Shown: positions 37,728-63,619 of the stretch, piece after piece | How positions within the stretch are numbered: position 1 is the first letter of the stretch | Layout of the letters: every line of letters starts with the position of its first letter | From: Leucoraja erinacea | Lineage: Eukaryota | Length of the DNA: 64,000 nt | NCBI RefSeq assembly: GCF_028641065.1 | Contig: NC_073396.1 | Coordinates: forward strand, 19,964,001 to 20,028,000 | Direction of reading: 5' to 3' | Notes under the pieces: model-generated | Seen by the model: only the letters and a program-made list of their open reading frames with translations | The model's database searches: none | What the model was told of the DNA's origin: nothing | Program-made: the position numbers and the translations under genes

Positions 37728-40700
37728 ACAGCCCCCCTCCCCTCTTCTTCCCCCCCCCACCCCCTTCCCATATTCCCCTCCCCCAACACAGAGGTGTGCT
37801 GGCAGCTGCCTTAGTCAACATCTCCACCTCTTGTCCAGCAGTAACGTACTCGAACTGAGCAGTGGGGGCGAGCAAGATATTGAATTCTTCTGCAGTAGAG
37901 CAGGGTCTGTTGCAGGAAGAGGAGGGCAACTTGGTGCCCAGAGCTTCCTGAAGACGGTCCCGATGAGATGAAGACTCGGCGATTGCCCACACCTTGCAGG
38001 ACGAGAGCCTGAGCCAGTGCTAGGAGCAGCAAGAGGACCACCTTGACCCTGGAGATACTGAGGACTTCAGCACACACTTCCCACCTCGCTTTAAATCAGT
38101 ACAGATCTCTTTGTTTTGTACAGATCATTCGGATTGTTCATTGATACTAGAAACCTGTCAACAAATGAAGCATGAAATGATCGTGGAGATACAAGGAACT
38201 GCAGATGCTGGAATCTCAACACAACTGCTGGAAGAACGTGGTGGGTCAGGCTGTATCTGTGGTGGGATGGACAGATGCTTCTGGTTAGGATTTTGAGTAT
38301 GTAGAGGTCCTGACATTAGATATCACCTGTTCATTTGCTCGAGATGCTCCCTGATCTGTTGAGTTTGTCCAGAAAATTGTGGTTTGACTTGAAATGATCA
38401 TCATGAGATTGTTGGAGACTTCAATTCCAATTTGTGAATGATTGGATTTGGAATCATACAGTGGGTAGGGATTTGGATCAGGAAGAGGCAGTGGGGGGTT
38501 GTGGAATTGTCAGTGATAGGGGTGAGCAGGACTGGGGTGTCGCGGGAAGGGGTCAGTAGGGATGAGGTGGCAGCTATTATTGTGGACAGGGAACACCTTG
38601 TCAGGATCGTCCAGCGGGAGTGTGGATGTGTCTCGGGGCTGTAGATCACCCTGTGCCGTGTCCATCACTCGGGGGTTGGGGGATATTTAGGCTTTGTTTC
38701 AGTCGTGCCAGCTGTACTTATTCAGCCCCTTTACTGGAGTGCCCATAATGGCTGCTAAATATCACGACTCAGCAACTGGAGCAGTGATTTTTGTCACTAC
38801 TTCACACTTGCAAAGTGTCTGACAAAAAAGGTTAAATGGGGACTACAAATTGCACAAATCTACATCTGGAATCTACAGTTGGTTATGTACAGGGTGACAA
38901 ATAGTAACCTTATACAGCCTCGTGTCTGTTCTGACCCCAACTGTGAGAGGGAAAGTGTTGAGTACCTTGCCCCCAGTGTGGGTGACATGCACAGCTATCG
39001 GTAAATATTTTATACACTTATGGAATCTCCTATTTGTTATTTAAGGTGTGTCTGAATTGACGGATTTTAACTGTATTTATCCACTTCCTGCAGTCTCCTA
39101 GGACTTTTGCTCAGGTTTGAGGGTAATTTATTCTTTGTAGTGATTGGTTATAAAACGCTAAGTCTAGGGCACAGGTGATCATTGTTCCAGTTCCTGACCT
39201 AATTCCACTGACAGCCCTGCATAATTCCACACCCCTTTAGCCTCGTCCTGTAAATTCCTGTTGTCAATGTTTGCCATCTAGCTGTTCCCTTCCACTGCCT
39301 TCTCTAAACACGGCAACATTTAGCTTTGTTAAACAGAGCAGCCCAGGACTCCCAAGAGACAGAATCTTTAACCTCCGGCTCGCTGGGTGTACACTACTTA
39401 ATGTTCTCTTCACAAACTCACACGTACAACTTGTACATGAAACAGTACAGGAACAGGCCCTTCAGCCCACAATGTCCAAGTTAAACTAATCTCTGCCTGC
39501 ACGTGATCCATATCCCTCCATTCCTTTCATATCCATTTGCCTATCTAAAAGCCTCTTAAATGTCACTATGGTATCTGACTCCACCAACCCCCCCCGGCAA
39601 CACTTTCCAGGTCCCTACAACTGTACGTGCACCACACATCTTGCAACAGGCATCAGCTCGCCTCCTACTAAAACCCTGATTTGCCCTTTATTTAACCTCC
39701 AGGTGACAGTTCCAACATGACTAGACTTGCAGCTTGTACCCTTGAGAAAAGCTTGCGCTGGGCCTGTCCGAACTAACCCCAAATCCCACCCGGCACCCAA
39801 ACCTTTAAATTACTCATCCACGTTTCAAATTCCTCTTCAGCCTCGCCTCTCCCTATCGCTGTACTCACCTCTGGTTCTGCTCATGTCCGAGATCTCCGTT
39901 CTTCAGGCCTGGTTCCCCAAACACTGTAGACATTCCTTCAACCTACCTCCGCGGCCAGGTGTCTGGTCATGACCCAACATCATGTATGGCTTGATGTTAG
40001 ATGTGTGCCAACATTCCCATGAAGCACCATGGGACATTGTAGCTTGTTATTGACTATATATATATATATATAATATATATATAAAACATGTTGATTATAT
40101 AGATAAATGTTGTTTTCAGTTTGAGAGCCAGTAAAGCAGAGTTCAAAACCTGCAGCAGTGGTTGGTTTCCAACTCACCCACCGATCCTGTCCCTTGGGCA
40201 GAACGACGTGTGGATGATCAGCCACGCTGATGTTCAGTGGCAAACAGTTGCCCTGGAGCCACTGGACCAGTTGTTGGTGAGAGCGCCGTACTGTTGCCAG
40301 GGGAAGCAGTGGCCGACAAAGCGTACATCCTGTGTGCTGCCCGTCAAATGTTTGTCAAACTTTATAAGCCGCTTATTAATTTTACTATTTCTAAGACAAA
40401 GAAAAGTTTATCTTTCTGCAGGCTGCACACTGTATACTACCGTTACATGAACCCAGACCCGAGAGGGTCGGACTTATCTGTACCAAATGCCCCTTCCCAT
40501 CCTGTAGTATTAATAAGCTAAACAATAGTGATTAAGGATTGTTAACAGTCCATTGTATGGTGCGGATACTTATCGGACAAGACCCAACTGGGTCTCGATC
40601 AGACGACTTGACATTCCTCATTGTCCCAGCAGTATTTTTAAACACGTTCCAAGTGCCTTTTTCACAGTACAATCGGAGTCAGTGGCTCTGTGATGGAGAT

Positions 40701-40788
40701 TCACTGGGTAGCATTAGTTTATAAGCTCAAGGTGTCGTCGTGTACTGAAGTCACCGTCACAGGGACTTAGAACTTGAGGGAAAACGAC

Positions 40789-40794
40789 AATAAA
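40789..40794 (+). terminator. Candidate GLIS2 polyadenylation signal
   Basis: AATAAA followed by T/GT-rich sequence about 3 kb after the stop codon and before the PAM16 3' end. Confidence 0.4.
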
Positions 40795-42015
40795 GTTTAA
40801 TTTGTTAATTTACAAATTGTGTTGGTTTCTACCTGTCACTTGGTCGGTGCCCAATCAGGGCTCTTGTTCTTGACCCTTAATCACAAGGCCGAGCTTCTTA
40901 CACCTTCTATTGTTACCTGCTTATGGTTGAGATGTCCAAAACCAGTCAGCCAATTAGTCACCTCTCCAAGTTCAAACACTCGCTCATGTATCAAGGCAAT
41001 CAGGCATTCGAACAGAGGACAGAAGCACACTCAATTATTAAACAGACAAACAGCCCTTTGGCCCACAAAGTCTGTGCAGGGGTTGATGCCATGTTAAACT
41101 AATCTCCTCTGCCTGCTTGCGATTAATTCCCGACTTATCCATGTGGCAATCTAAAAGCCTGTTAAATGGCACTATTGTCTCAGCCTCCACTGCCACCCAT
41201 GGCAGCTTGTTCCAGGCATCCACCGCCCTCTGCAACAACAAAAATGCACCACTTATCTCCTTTAAACTTTGGCCCCTGTCATCTTAATTAAATAATTGAA
41301 AAACTCGCAAACGTAATTTCAGAGTTGCCAACAAAACTTTCCGCAGGTTACTCAAGACCCTATAGAGTCGTGACCTCGGCTACATCATCAAACCCATCAA
41401 CGTCAGGTCATAAAGGTGGAAGAGCTTGGGGAAGCTGAAGGCACTGCACCAGGGCAATAACGGGCATGGGGTGAAATGGGGCAAGAACTGGGGTGCCAGC
41501 CTCTGGTTGGCAGACATAGCAATATTTACCATTCTTCCATCAAAGGATTGATCAACAAGAATGATGAAATCCAGAGCAAAACAATGTGCACAAGGAACCC
41601 AGCAAGTTAGGCAGCATCTGTATAGAGGGAATGCACTGGTGATGTTTCGGGTTGGGTCCCTTTTTCAGAGTGAAGGGCCCCAACACAAAATGTCTGACCA
41701 TTCCCTCCACAGATGCTGCCTGACCCATTGAGTTTCTCCAGCACTTTGTATTTTGTAAAGAATTAACTCATTTAATTTCCCGCACACTTCATTAGTTAAA
41801 AGACAAACTAAAAACCTGACATCAGGTGCTCCAGACTTAAATAGTTTGACGTGATCTATACCATGGGATCCAACTCATCTTGCCCTGTGTGGGAGGGGCA
41901 GAGCTGTAAAGTCCCTCAACTTCAGCATGTTTTCCAACGCAAGGAACAGCCCACAGACCGTGCCCTGCCTTTTATAAATATATTTGTCTGATGGAGTAAA
42001 TTTTGGAAATAGAAT

Positions 42016-42021
42016 TTTATT
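42016..42021 (-). terminator. Candidate PAM16 polyadenylation signal (alternative at 42167-42172)
   Basis: AATAAA on the minus strand about 500 nt downstream of the stop codon. Confidence 0.5.
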
Positions 42022-42523
42022 TACAATTAAGTTACAATGACAGAATTTTGCAAGATGATATTCCACAAGGTAGACAGTTTTGCTCACCATCACTGTCCAG
42101 GGTCTCGCTGTGATACACTCTTGAGTTGGCAATTCTGTTTACAATGGTTCAAACCCAGGGCTTTGCTTTATTAGCTGAAGATGACTGAAGGTTGACATGA
42201 TCTCATCTGCATCCACTTCCCATTGGAAACACTGACCCAATCTAAGTAACATAACGGAAGAGTCCAATTAGTAATATTCCTACCTAAAATGGCTGTGGGA
42301 GTGGAACAGACCAGCAGTTGGACTAACAGCGATGTCGCATCACAAAGTATTTCATCCATGCAGCAAGTATTCACAGGTGTCCAGCAAGTTCAGGGAAGCG
42401 AGTGAGATCCAAGTCCTCAGTCAACATGGGACTGAGCAAAGACCGCTGGATATCCAGTGGAAGTTACGCAGTAATGAAGCAAACCACAGGTGGCCCGGGG
42501 GGGGAGGGGGAGATATCCGAGGG

Positions 42524-42616
42524 TCATGTCTCTGACCGCTTGGTCTGTTCCTTCCTCTCCTGCTCCATTGCTTTGATGTGCAGCTCCTCTTCGAGCCTTT
42601 CCTTTGCTCTGACCAC
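42524..42616 (-). CDS. PAM16: PAM16 exon 5 coding part
   Basis: Acceptor ttgcag; encodes [30 protein letters not shown] followed by TGA. Confidence 0.95.
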   Translation of the reverse strand: MVRAKERLEEELHIKAMEQERKEQTKRSET

Positions 42617-45600
42617 CTGCAACAGCAAAAATTGACAGGAAAAGTTAAAGGTTTGAGTTTTACAAAGCTTCAGCTGCTGCTTGCCTTAATGAACGCCTTC
42701 ACCATGTATGATCGTGACGCACCTGAGTGTCATCTACAAACTTGTTAATCATCCAAATCATTGATATAAACCACAAACAGCAATGGACCCAGCACCGAAC
42801 ACTGACGCACGTCATTAGTCACAGGCCTCAAGATCAAAAAACAATCCTCCACCACCACCTTCTGCTTCGTTCCATGAAGCCTGCCATGCAGAACGTACAA
42901 AACCATGCTGACTATCCCTAATCAGTCCCTATCTATCCAAATGCATATATATTTTATCTCTCAGAATCCTCTCCAGTACCTTGCCCACCACAGATTATTT
43001 GGCTCACTGGTCTATCGTTCCCAGGCTGTCTCTTGAACATGTTCTTCAATAGAGGCACAACATTAACCACCATCCAGTCTTCTGGCAACTCATCCATGAT
43101 TCATACATCTAAGCCAGGGCTCAGCAGTTTCTTCTCTGGCTTCCCACAGTGTCCTCAGATTTATATGATCAGGCCCGGGAGATTTATCTATTGTCATATG
43201 CTTTAGCACATCCAGCATCTCCTCGATTGTAATACGGACTGTTCTCAATACATTTCCATTAACTGTCTCAAGTGCCCCAGTCTTCATTGTCTTTGTCCAT
43301 GGTAAAAACAGAGGAGAAATACTCACTGAGGACCCGTCCCATCTCCTGCGACTCCACTGAGAAATGACGGCTTTGGTTTCTGAAGAGCCCCATTCTTTCT
43401 AGTTACCCACTTTCTCTTAATACAATTATTTTCATTCAAATTATCTGCAAATTCTCTTACCTGCTTTTTGCCCTCCTGATTTCCTTCTTAAGTATTCAGT
43501 TCCTGAAACTCCTCCAGGGATACACTTGATCCCAGCTGCCTATACCTGGCCCTTGCCTCCTCCTTTTTCCTGACTAGAACCTCAATTTTTCTCGTCATCC
43601 AGGCTTCCTTCAATCGAACAGGAACATGCATGCACTGAACTCTTGTCATCACACTTTTAAAAGTATCCCATTTTTGATCGTCCCTTTGCCCTCCGATCAT
43701 GTTAAGCAAGTTCCTGTCTAATGCCATCAAAGACGGCCTTTCCCCAATTCAGAATTTTAAACTAATGGGCCTGCCCTGTTCTTATCCGTAACTGTTTTAA
43801 AACTAATGGAACTGTGGTCGCTTATATAAGAGAAGGACAAGCTTTGCCCTCTCCCTTAGTGGTTCCTCTACATATTGCGCATGGATACTTTCCTGAACAC
43901 ATTTAACAAATTTCACCCCCTCTTAGTCCTTGGCACTATGACAGCCCCATCTATTTGGGAAAGTTAAAACACTTCAGTTCTGGGGCGAGATGGTTATAAA
44001 GGTGTAGTTAACAGTGAAACCAAGCACAAAGTTTCCTTCCACCGACCAAAGGGTCTGATAATCTCCAGGGGAATTGGAACCAGAATCAGTAATAGGTCCA
44101 GTGTACAGGGGAATGTGTGGAGCCCAGAACCTTACCTTGGATTGCAGATAAAACGATCCACCCACAGATTTATCATTGACCTTGAACAAATGCTCGTAAT
44201 TCTGTCTCAAAAGGAAAAAAAAATCATGGTTAGAATCTCAATGTCAGCCTAATACCAAGTTTGTGTGCTCCCCACACACCTCGGTCTCCCCCCTCCCCCA
44301 TGCCTCAATCTCTCCCCACCCTCTCCGCCACGTCTCAATCTATCCCCAAACCCTCCCCCAGCCTCGTTCTCTCCCCACACCTTGATCTCGCCCCTCCCCT
44401 CAACAGAGTACACCCCTCTTTGGTGCCACACCTCAGTGGCCCCAGCCCAGTATGAAGTCACCGGGCAGACGGGTCCAGTCATCTCAGTCACCACCAGGCC
44501 ATGCCCTCACCTCGCCCTGGCTCTCTCCCCTCCCCTCACCTGCTGAATCTCCTCTGCGCTGAGCTTGCCCACGTTGAGTATCTGTTGGGCCTCCTGCAGC
44601 GACAAGCCTGAGATGCTGGAGGCTGCGGCAGACTGTTGCCCAGCTCGTCCCCGGGTCTCCGCCGCTGCCTGGCTGGCTGCAGGGAACACGTAATGTCACC
44701 GAACAGCCACACCCCCACACAGAACCCCAGGGAGAACCCCACACAGACCCCCAACAGGACCCCTTGCCCCCCCCCCATGAGATTGACTGATTGAAAGATA
44801 CAGCAAAGACATCAACCCTTCAGCCCAGCATGCCCACGCCGACCATTGATCACCTGCACACACTCGTTCTATGTTCTTCCATGTTCTCATTCACTCCTTA
44901 CACACTAGTGGCAATTTAAAGAAGCAAATTAACCTACAAACCCACATGTCTTTGGAATGAGGGAGGAAACCGGAACACCCGGAGGAAACCCACATGGACA
45001 CAGGGAGAACGTGAAAACTTCACACTAGGGGGGAACCCAAGATCAGGATCGAGCTTGGCTCTACCCGCTGTGCCAGAGAAGGGCGGCACAGTGGCGCAGC
45101 AGCAGAGTTGCTGCCTTAGACCCAGGTTCGATCCTGACCACAGTTGCTGTCTGTACAGAATTTGTGTTCTCCCAATGACCGCATGGGTTTTCTCCGGGTG
45201 CTCCGGTTTCCTGCCACATTCTAAACAGGTGCGGGTTTGCAGGTTAATTGGCTGCTGTCAATTGCCTCTAGTGTGTAGTGTGTATTAGTCAGTGTGGATT
45301 CAGTGGACCTCTAAAAGTGCATCTCTAAAACTGAAACTAAAGAAATATAGCTGCAGAGATGCTGGAGGGAACAGCGAGAGGGGCTACTGGCGATTTACAA
45401 ACTGACACTGAACGGCTTGTGCCGTTTTTAATTGGATTTGTTTTTAATTAGATGATGAAAGCACTGGAAGGGCGGCAATTGCAATGTATCTGGTTAAAGC
45501 CGCCAGCCCTCCACAGAACATGATGGACTTGGAACTGGGACTGTTTCTCTGGAATGTTGGAAATTGTGGGGAAATCCGAATGTCATGAAATTTATAACAA

Positions 45601-46311
45601 AACAAGAGACATAGATGCAACGTTTAAAGAAGAAATGCAGAGCAAGTATTTTTTAAACAGAAGGTGTTGGGCACCTGGAACAGGGGTGGTGGAGGCAGAT
45701 ACGATAGTAATGGATTGATTTTATTCATGTATTGTCTTTTCGATGACTAGTTAGCACGCAACAAAAAGCTTTTCACTGTACCTCGGTACACGTGACAATA
45801 AATTAAACTGAACTGATAGTGGGTTTTAAGAGGCTTTAAGATAAGACACATGTCTATGGAGGGATATGGACCACATGCACGCAGAGATTAGTTTAACTTG
45901 GCATCATATTCAGCAGACACTGTGGGCCGAAGGGCCTGTTCCTGTGCTGTCCTGATCCATGGAGGTGGAGCAACGTGGGGGAGGGGGGAGTTTCTGCCCG
46001 GACCATGAACTGACCGACATCGCTGCTCACCGGCAAACTCCTGGCGCAGCGCTCGGGCAAACGCTCTCGCCACCACCTGGGCGCCCACCACGATGATCTG
46101 AGCGAGGTACCGGGCCTGTGGGCAGGGGGGGGAAGAGTCAGAGTCACTGCCGGCCCAGGGCACGGACACCGGGGGTACCGAACCGACCCCACCCGCCGGG
46201 GCCGCTGCTCCCTGCCCCCAGGACCAGCACATCCACCCCAACACCCACCACTCTCCCCTCCCCGACACCCACCCCCTCACTCTCTCCCCTCCCCCACCTC
46301 ACTCTCACCAT
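42524..46311 (-). CDS. PAM16: Presequence translocase-associated motor 16 (Magmas/Tim16); join(46309-46311,46031-46115,44540-44676,44136-44201,42524-42616), 127 aa
   Basis: Translates to [127 protein letters not shown]. All introns GT-AG; exon 1 supplies only the ATG. Confidence 0.97.
42720..43975 (-). mobile_element. Older CR1 LINE fragment in PAM16 intron 4
   Basis: Degenerate ORF2 pieces such as [21 protein letters not shown] and [16 protein letters not shown]. Confidence 0.8.
44136..44201 (-). CDS. PAM16: PAM16 exon 4
   Basis: Encodes [22 protein letters not shown]; AG acceptor and GTAAG donor. Confidence 0.96.
44540..44676 (-). CDS. PAM16: PAM16 exon 3
   Basis: Encodes [13 protein letters not shown]...[12 protein letters not shown]...EEIQQ; AG and GT borders. 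Confidence 0.96.
44785..45340. mobile_element. Two SINEs head-to-head: 44785-45075 (-) and 45081-45340 (+)
   Basis: Family motifs in opposite orientations, abutting within PAM16 intron 2. Confidence 0.78.
46031..46115 (-). CDS. PAM16: PAM16 exon 2
   Basis: Encodes [28 protein letters not shown]; cacag acceptor and GTGAGC donor. Confidence 0.96.
46309..46311 (-). CDS. PAM16: PAM16 exon 1 coding part (ATG only)
   Basis: Minus strand ATG|GTGAGA in a CpG-rich region; phase 0 matches exon 2. Confidence 0.85.
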
Positions 46312-46581
46312 TCTCCACCGACCGGCTCCTCTCGCCGGAAGTCGCCGGAGTCAAGGACACGCGGGGTCAAAGGGCGGCTCTTGCCGCTGACGAACGCAAT
46401 TGGACAAGAGCGGAAGCTGCAGCGGCGGGGCCGGTCCTCCAGGAGCAGCGCCCTCCTACTGGACCGGCGGACGCACAGCGCCGCCGACGCTTCCCTCCGC
46501 TGGCCGTAGGCGGTCTTTGAATCAAGGCGCCGACTGGCGGCAGGTCCCGGGACTGCCCGGACGAAAGCTTGCACACAAGGG

Positions 46582-46615
46582 CAAAGATCCTAGAGGAGCT
46601 CCTCTAGGATCTTTG
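46582..46615. mobile_element. 34-bp perfect palindrome with 8-bp TSD (TIR-only DNA transposon derivative)
   Basis: caaagatcctagaggag|ctcctctaggatctttg, flanked by cacaaggg at 46574-46581 and 46616-46623. Confidence 0.8.
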
Positions 46616-46814
46616 CACAAGGGGTCTCAAAGCGAAGTTGGACAGTTCAGATCAAATTCTCCGACAAAGACGGCAGTCATTTTAAAATGCAGTGAGACAA
46701 GGAGAGGAAGATCGCTTCTGCCTCTTTGCATTCCTGTATATACAAAATAAAAGCAGCTTCAGTGGAAGGCAATGGATACTTGAAATGGCTCCATCCAAAT
46801 CCTTAATCCACCTT

Positions 46815-47150
46815 CTCAGTTCAAGTTCTGGCGAATTATTTCCGAGGGGTCACCCCTCTGAAGGATTTTCTGACGTCGATCTCTGTGACTGTGACCGTAA
46901 TGCCCAAAGATAATGCCATCATGGCGAATGGGGGCTTGAGAAGGCACATCAGTGTTCTCCCTATCAAAGCGTGCGTAAAACACATTGAGCTCGTCAGGGA
47001 GTGATGCTTCGTTGACATTGGAGCTGCCTCCTGATTTTGCCTTGTAGGAGGTGATTGCATTCAAACCCCGCCACAGCTGCCGAACATCCGTCTCATCCTC
47101 CAGCTTGGAGCAGAAGTCCCTTTTGGCCATTTTGATGGCCTTACCAAGGG
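46815..47150 (-). mobile_element. Rex1/Babar-like LINE fragment
   Basis: Encodes KAIKMAKRDFCSKLED...LWRGLNAITSYK...LPDELNVFYARFDREN. Confidence 0.75.
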
Positions 47151-47159
47151 GTTGGGGTT

Positions 47160-47539
47160 CACCGGGCCCCGGCTCCGGCCACACTCACTGGCTCCAGGAC
47201 CCGGCTCCGGACTCACTCAGCGGCTCCCGTCCCCAGCGCCTGTCGTGCTCACAACCCCTGCCCGCGAACACAGCCCACACTCCGCTCCTTCAGCTTTATT
47301 CTCCGCGCTAGTGATTGACAGCGGGTGCCGGAAGGGGCGTCGCTGGCCCAGTGAATAACAGACCAATAACTTTTGTAATATTTCACCGGTCAGAACAAAA
47401 CTTGGTGCGCTTGGAGCAGAGGAGAACAGCAAATAAGGTGGCGGAATAACACTAGCGACATAGGGTAACATTTTTGCACAAATTTAAAAACAACGCAAAC
47501 CGGAAGAGGACAAGATGAGAGTTTTAGTAATAGTATAGA
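47160..47539 (-). mobile_element. 5' part of a related Helitron-like element
   Basis: Minus strand begins tctatactattactaaaactctc, matching the 26106 terminus; the left boundary is approximate. Confidence 0.5.
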
Positions 47540-48300
47540 AGAAGATAGCTGTTCTCATACTACCTTTAGATATAAAGAAAGCCATTCAGCCCATCAAGTT
47601 TGTACCAGTATTTATTTATGCCTACAATATTCTGTTGTGCTGAAGTAAAGCAAGAATTTCATTGTCCTATCTCAGACACATGACAATAAACTCTCTTGAA
47701 TCTTGAGCTCCCAAGTACAATCTCAAAGTCCCATTTGCCTGTACTCACTCAGCTCCCCCACAATTCTACCCCCACCACAAATTCGAGAGATAACTTACGT
47801 GGCCAATCAATGTACCTGCCCGTCTTTGGGATGTGGGTGAACACTTGGGCATCGAAAGGGAACTCGTGGTCACTGGGAGAACGTGCAACCTCCATACTGA
47901 CAGCAGTTGTGTTTTCCGGCCTGTACTGTTTGTTGATTTCTACATGGAGAGTGCAGTCGGCCAATTGGCAGCCTCGTTGGTCATGGGAGTATGGGCTGTG
48001 GGGAATGTGGCAGTGACAGCAGGGATCCAATCACCGGTCATGTCAACTTGCACCGATGTCTACTTGTGACTGCAGAATAAAATTTGTACAAACCAACCTG
48101 GAGGTTCAAGCGATTCCCAGTTACCTAACTCTACGGACTACCTCTTACAGTTGCTTTTTCTAATTATGTATTTGCACAAGTGTCCTTTTTGCAGTTTCTT
48201 CCCTTTAGAATTTTCTGTTATTTATTTAATTTATTTTTGTGTTGTCTGACACTATCTGCCAGTGATGCTCCTGCAAGCAAGATTTTCATTGTACCTGTAA

Positions 48301-49010
48301 TGGGCCTGTCCCACTTAGGCGACTTTTTAGGCGAGTGCAGGAGTCTCTGCGCTCGCCACATGTTCTCTGGTGGTCTCTGGTGAGTCTCCTTCATGGTCGC
48401 GAGGAGTTCCCGCATTCTGGGAACTGGTCGCGGCCTCAGTTTGGTCGCCGAAATTTTTTCAAAATGTTGAACATTTTTCTGTGACCAGAAATTGGTCGCC
48501 ATGGAGAAAATCGATAATCCTGTAGTCGTAGGTGCAGTTGTAGTGGGGTTGCCATGTAGTTGTAGGTAGTCGTAGGTAGTTTTAGTTAATCACCTTTGAT
48601 GACCGGTCATTTTCATTGGCTCATTGGGGAAAAAAACGTAAGCACGAGTTTTCAGAACCAAGGATAACCGACCGGTAATGTTAAATGCCCGCCAAACTTA
48701 CCAGCTGTGTATCTCTGGCTTATTAAAAGTTGTCTGGCTTCTTAAAAGTGTCTCCACTCCTTCTCCCCCCTTTTTTAAAAGACTTACCATACACTGTGCG
48801 AGCTGTCTTAACTTTCCTGTTCATCGCGGTGTGTGTCTGTATCACCTTGGCTTTGCACCGTGTGAATTTCAGACAGCGCTACCCCCGCTTGCCCTGGCCC
48901 CCACCTTTGCGATTTGTTTGTGTTTGTGTCTGTGTGCGTGTGTGCGTGTGTGTTCCACTCTGACAGTCGCCGGCAGTCTGCTGAAAAATCGCCTAAGTGA
49001 GACAGGCCCA
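48301..49010. mobile_element. Non-autonomous PIF/Harbinger-like MITE
   Basis: 22-bp TIR tgggcctgtcccacttaggcga and tcgcctaagtgagacaggccca (1 mismatch); flanks TAA and TGA. Confidence 0.75.
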
Positions 49011-49052
49011 TGACTCACTGTACTTGTGGATGTGACAATATACTTGAACATT

Positions 49053-49350
49053 CACACAGGCACACACACACTTAGACACCCGCACACACTTAGACACACA
49101 CACACACTTAGACACCCGCACTCACACACACCCGCACACAGTCACCCGCACACACACACCCACACCCACTTACAGACACCTGCACTCATACACTTAGACA
49201 CCTGCACACGCACACACACAGACACTTACACACACACCACTCATACTTACACAACCCACACACACACACACATTTTACACACACCCGCGCACGCACACAC
49301 ACACCCGCGCACGCACACACTTACACACACACACCCGCACAGACAGACAC
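49053..49350. repeat. Degenerate (CA)n microsatellite
   Basis: Directly visible. Confidence 0.9.
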
Positions 49351-49388
49351 ATGTACAAAGTTTACAAGTCAATAATTAAAAAACAAAA

Positions 49389-49394
49389 TTTATT
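49389..49394 (-). terminator. Candidate CAPN15 polyadenylation signal
   Basis: AATAAA on the minus strand 1.3 kb after the stop codon, followed by T/GT-rich sequence. Confidence 0.6.
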
Positions 49395-50710
49395 TGGTCC
49401 ATTGGAACCTGAGATTTTTGAAACTACATGATACATATATATATATTTTATATATATATTTTTATATATATATAGACTCTAAAATCCATAAAATTCTCCA
49501 TTTTCTAGTTTTCCAGTTGTAGGAGACTGAAGTCACGGCTGAGGAGTCTCTCTTGCCCACTGCGGAGGGTCACGGCCAGCAACTCCCCTTGGCTGAGGCT
49601 GTGGTGGGGGCAGGGGAGGGGTAGGAGGCTGTGGGGGTGGAAGGGAGAGGGGGAGGGGAGGGGATAGGGGGGGGGATGGGGGGGAGAGGGCTGCCGGGTC
49701 TGTAGGGAATTCACAATGCTGGCTCTGCCGGGAGCATCAGGGTCTGTGCTCCGGACACACCGTGGGTGGGGGAGACCCAGTCAAGGGATCGCTCTTGGGC
49801 CGAGGAACCACAGAAACCTGCTCCTTGTTTCCAGAAGGGGCTGTAAATTCTCAAGTTTTTCTCAAGTGTTTCTTAAGGTATAAAAGAAAATCAGTGAAGA
49901 ACTGTCCACAGTGATTTTCTGGCTGAGGTGTGGAAAGTAAGGGGCGTTTCTAACCCTGGATCGGGCTCCTAGAGTTGATCAGTGGGGATTGGCGTCTGCG
50001 ACCAGGGGCACTCTGCCCAGCCTGGTCTTGATCCCCACATCAGAGATCAGAGATCAGCCCAGAGTAGAGAGGCTCACTGAGACATCCTCCACACTCTTTC
50101 ATTCAGCAAGGATACCAGTGTAACAGTGAGTGGGAAGAGGGGAGGTGCTGTCTCTTGTTACATTTCCCTGTGCAGAGGGGACTGAGCCGGGCAGCCATAG
50201 TGGCGCGAACGTTCACCGAGAGATTGGTTGTTGGTCGGAGACGGGAGCTGCCCGTGTGTGGCTGGGGCTGCCGGGTGTTGGGGGGGATCAGGGAGTGGAC
50301 CCACACTGGGGGCTGTAGAGAGGGGGGAGGGAGCAGGTTTCATGAGGCTTTCAGTGCAGATCCAAGAGTGATTCAGCCCGTCAGTGTAACAGTGCGATGG
50401 AGTAGTTCTGATTTGAAGTGGGGGGGGGGGTCTCATGGTCCTGTGTAGGGGATCCCAATGTGGGGGTGGGACAGGTTCCAGAGAGGGGCTGATGGCGAGG
50501 ACAGGGAGATCCTGGGAAAGGGGATAGGTTGGTAGGGGTGCACGATGAGGGGGTGGGGGGTAGGTTGGGGGCAAAACTGGTGCCCAAAGCGGGGGGTTAC
50601 AGAGACGGGGGGTAGCGATGCTGCAGGCTGTAGCTAGGACCGCCCCCATGGGGTCAGAGGGGCCGGAGCGGAGGTCAGATGGTGTCGGGGGTCAGAGGCC
50701 GGGGGGGGGG

Positions 50711-63586
<12,876 letters not shown>

Positions 63587-63619
63587 CTGAAAGAGAGCAC
63601 AGGGTCGTCACTGATTGAT

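Larger units (their letters stand above)
46020..46560 (-). promoter_or_regulatory. CpG-rich promoter and 5' region of PAM16 with an ETS/GABP-type CCGGAAGT motif at 46335-46342
   Basis: High CpG density around exons 1-2; CCGGAAGT is common in housekeeping and mitochondrial gene promoters. Confidence 0.6.

Noticed and set aside
37190-37789. 199-aa antisense ORF in the GLIS2 last exon
   Set aside because: Shadow of GC-rich codon usage with no independent support.
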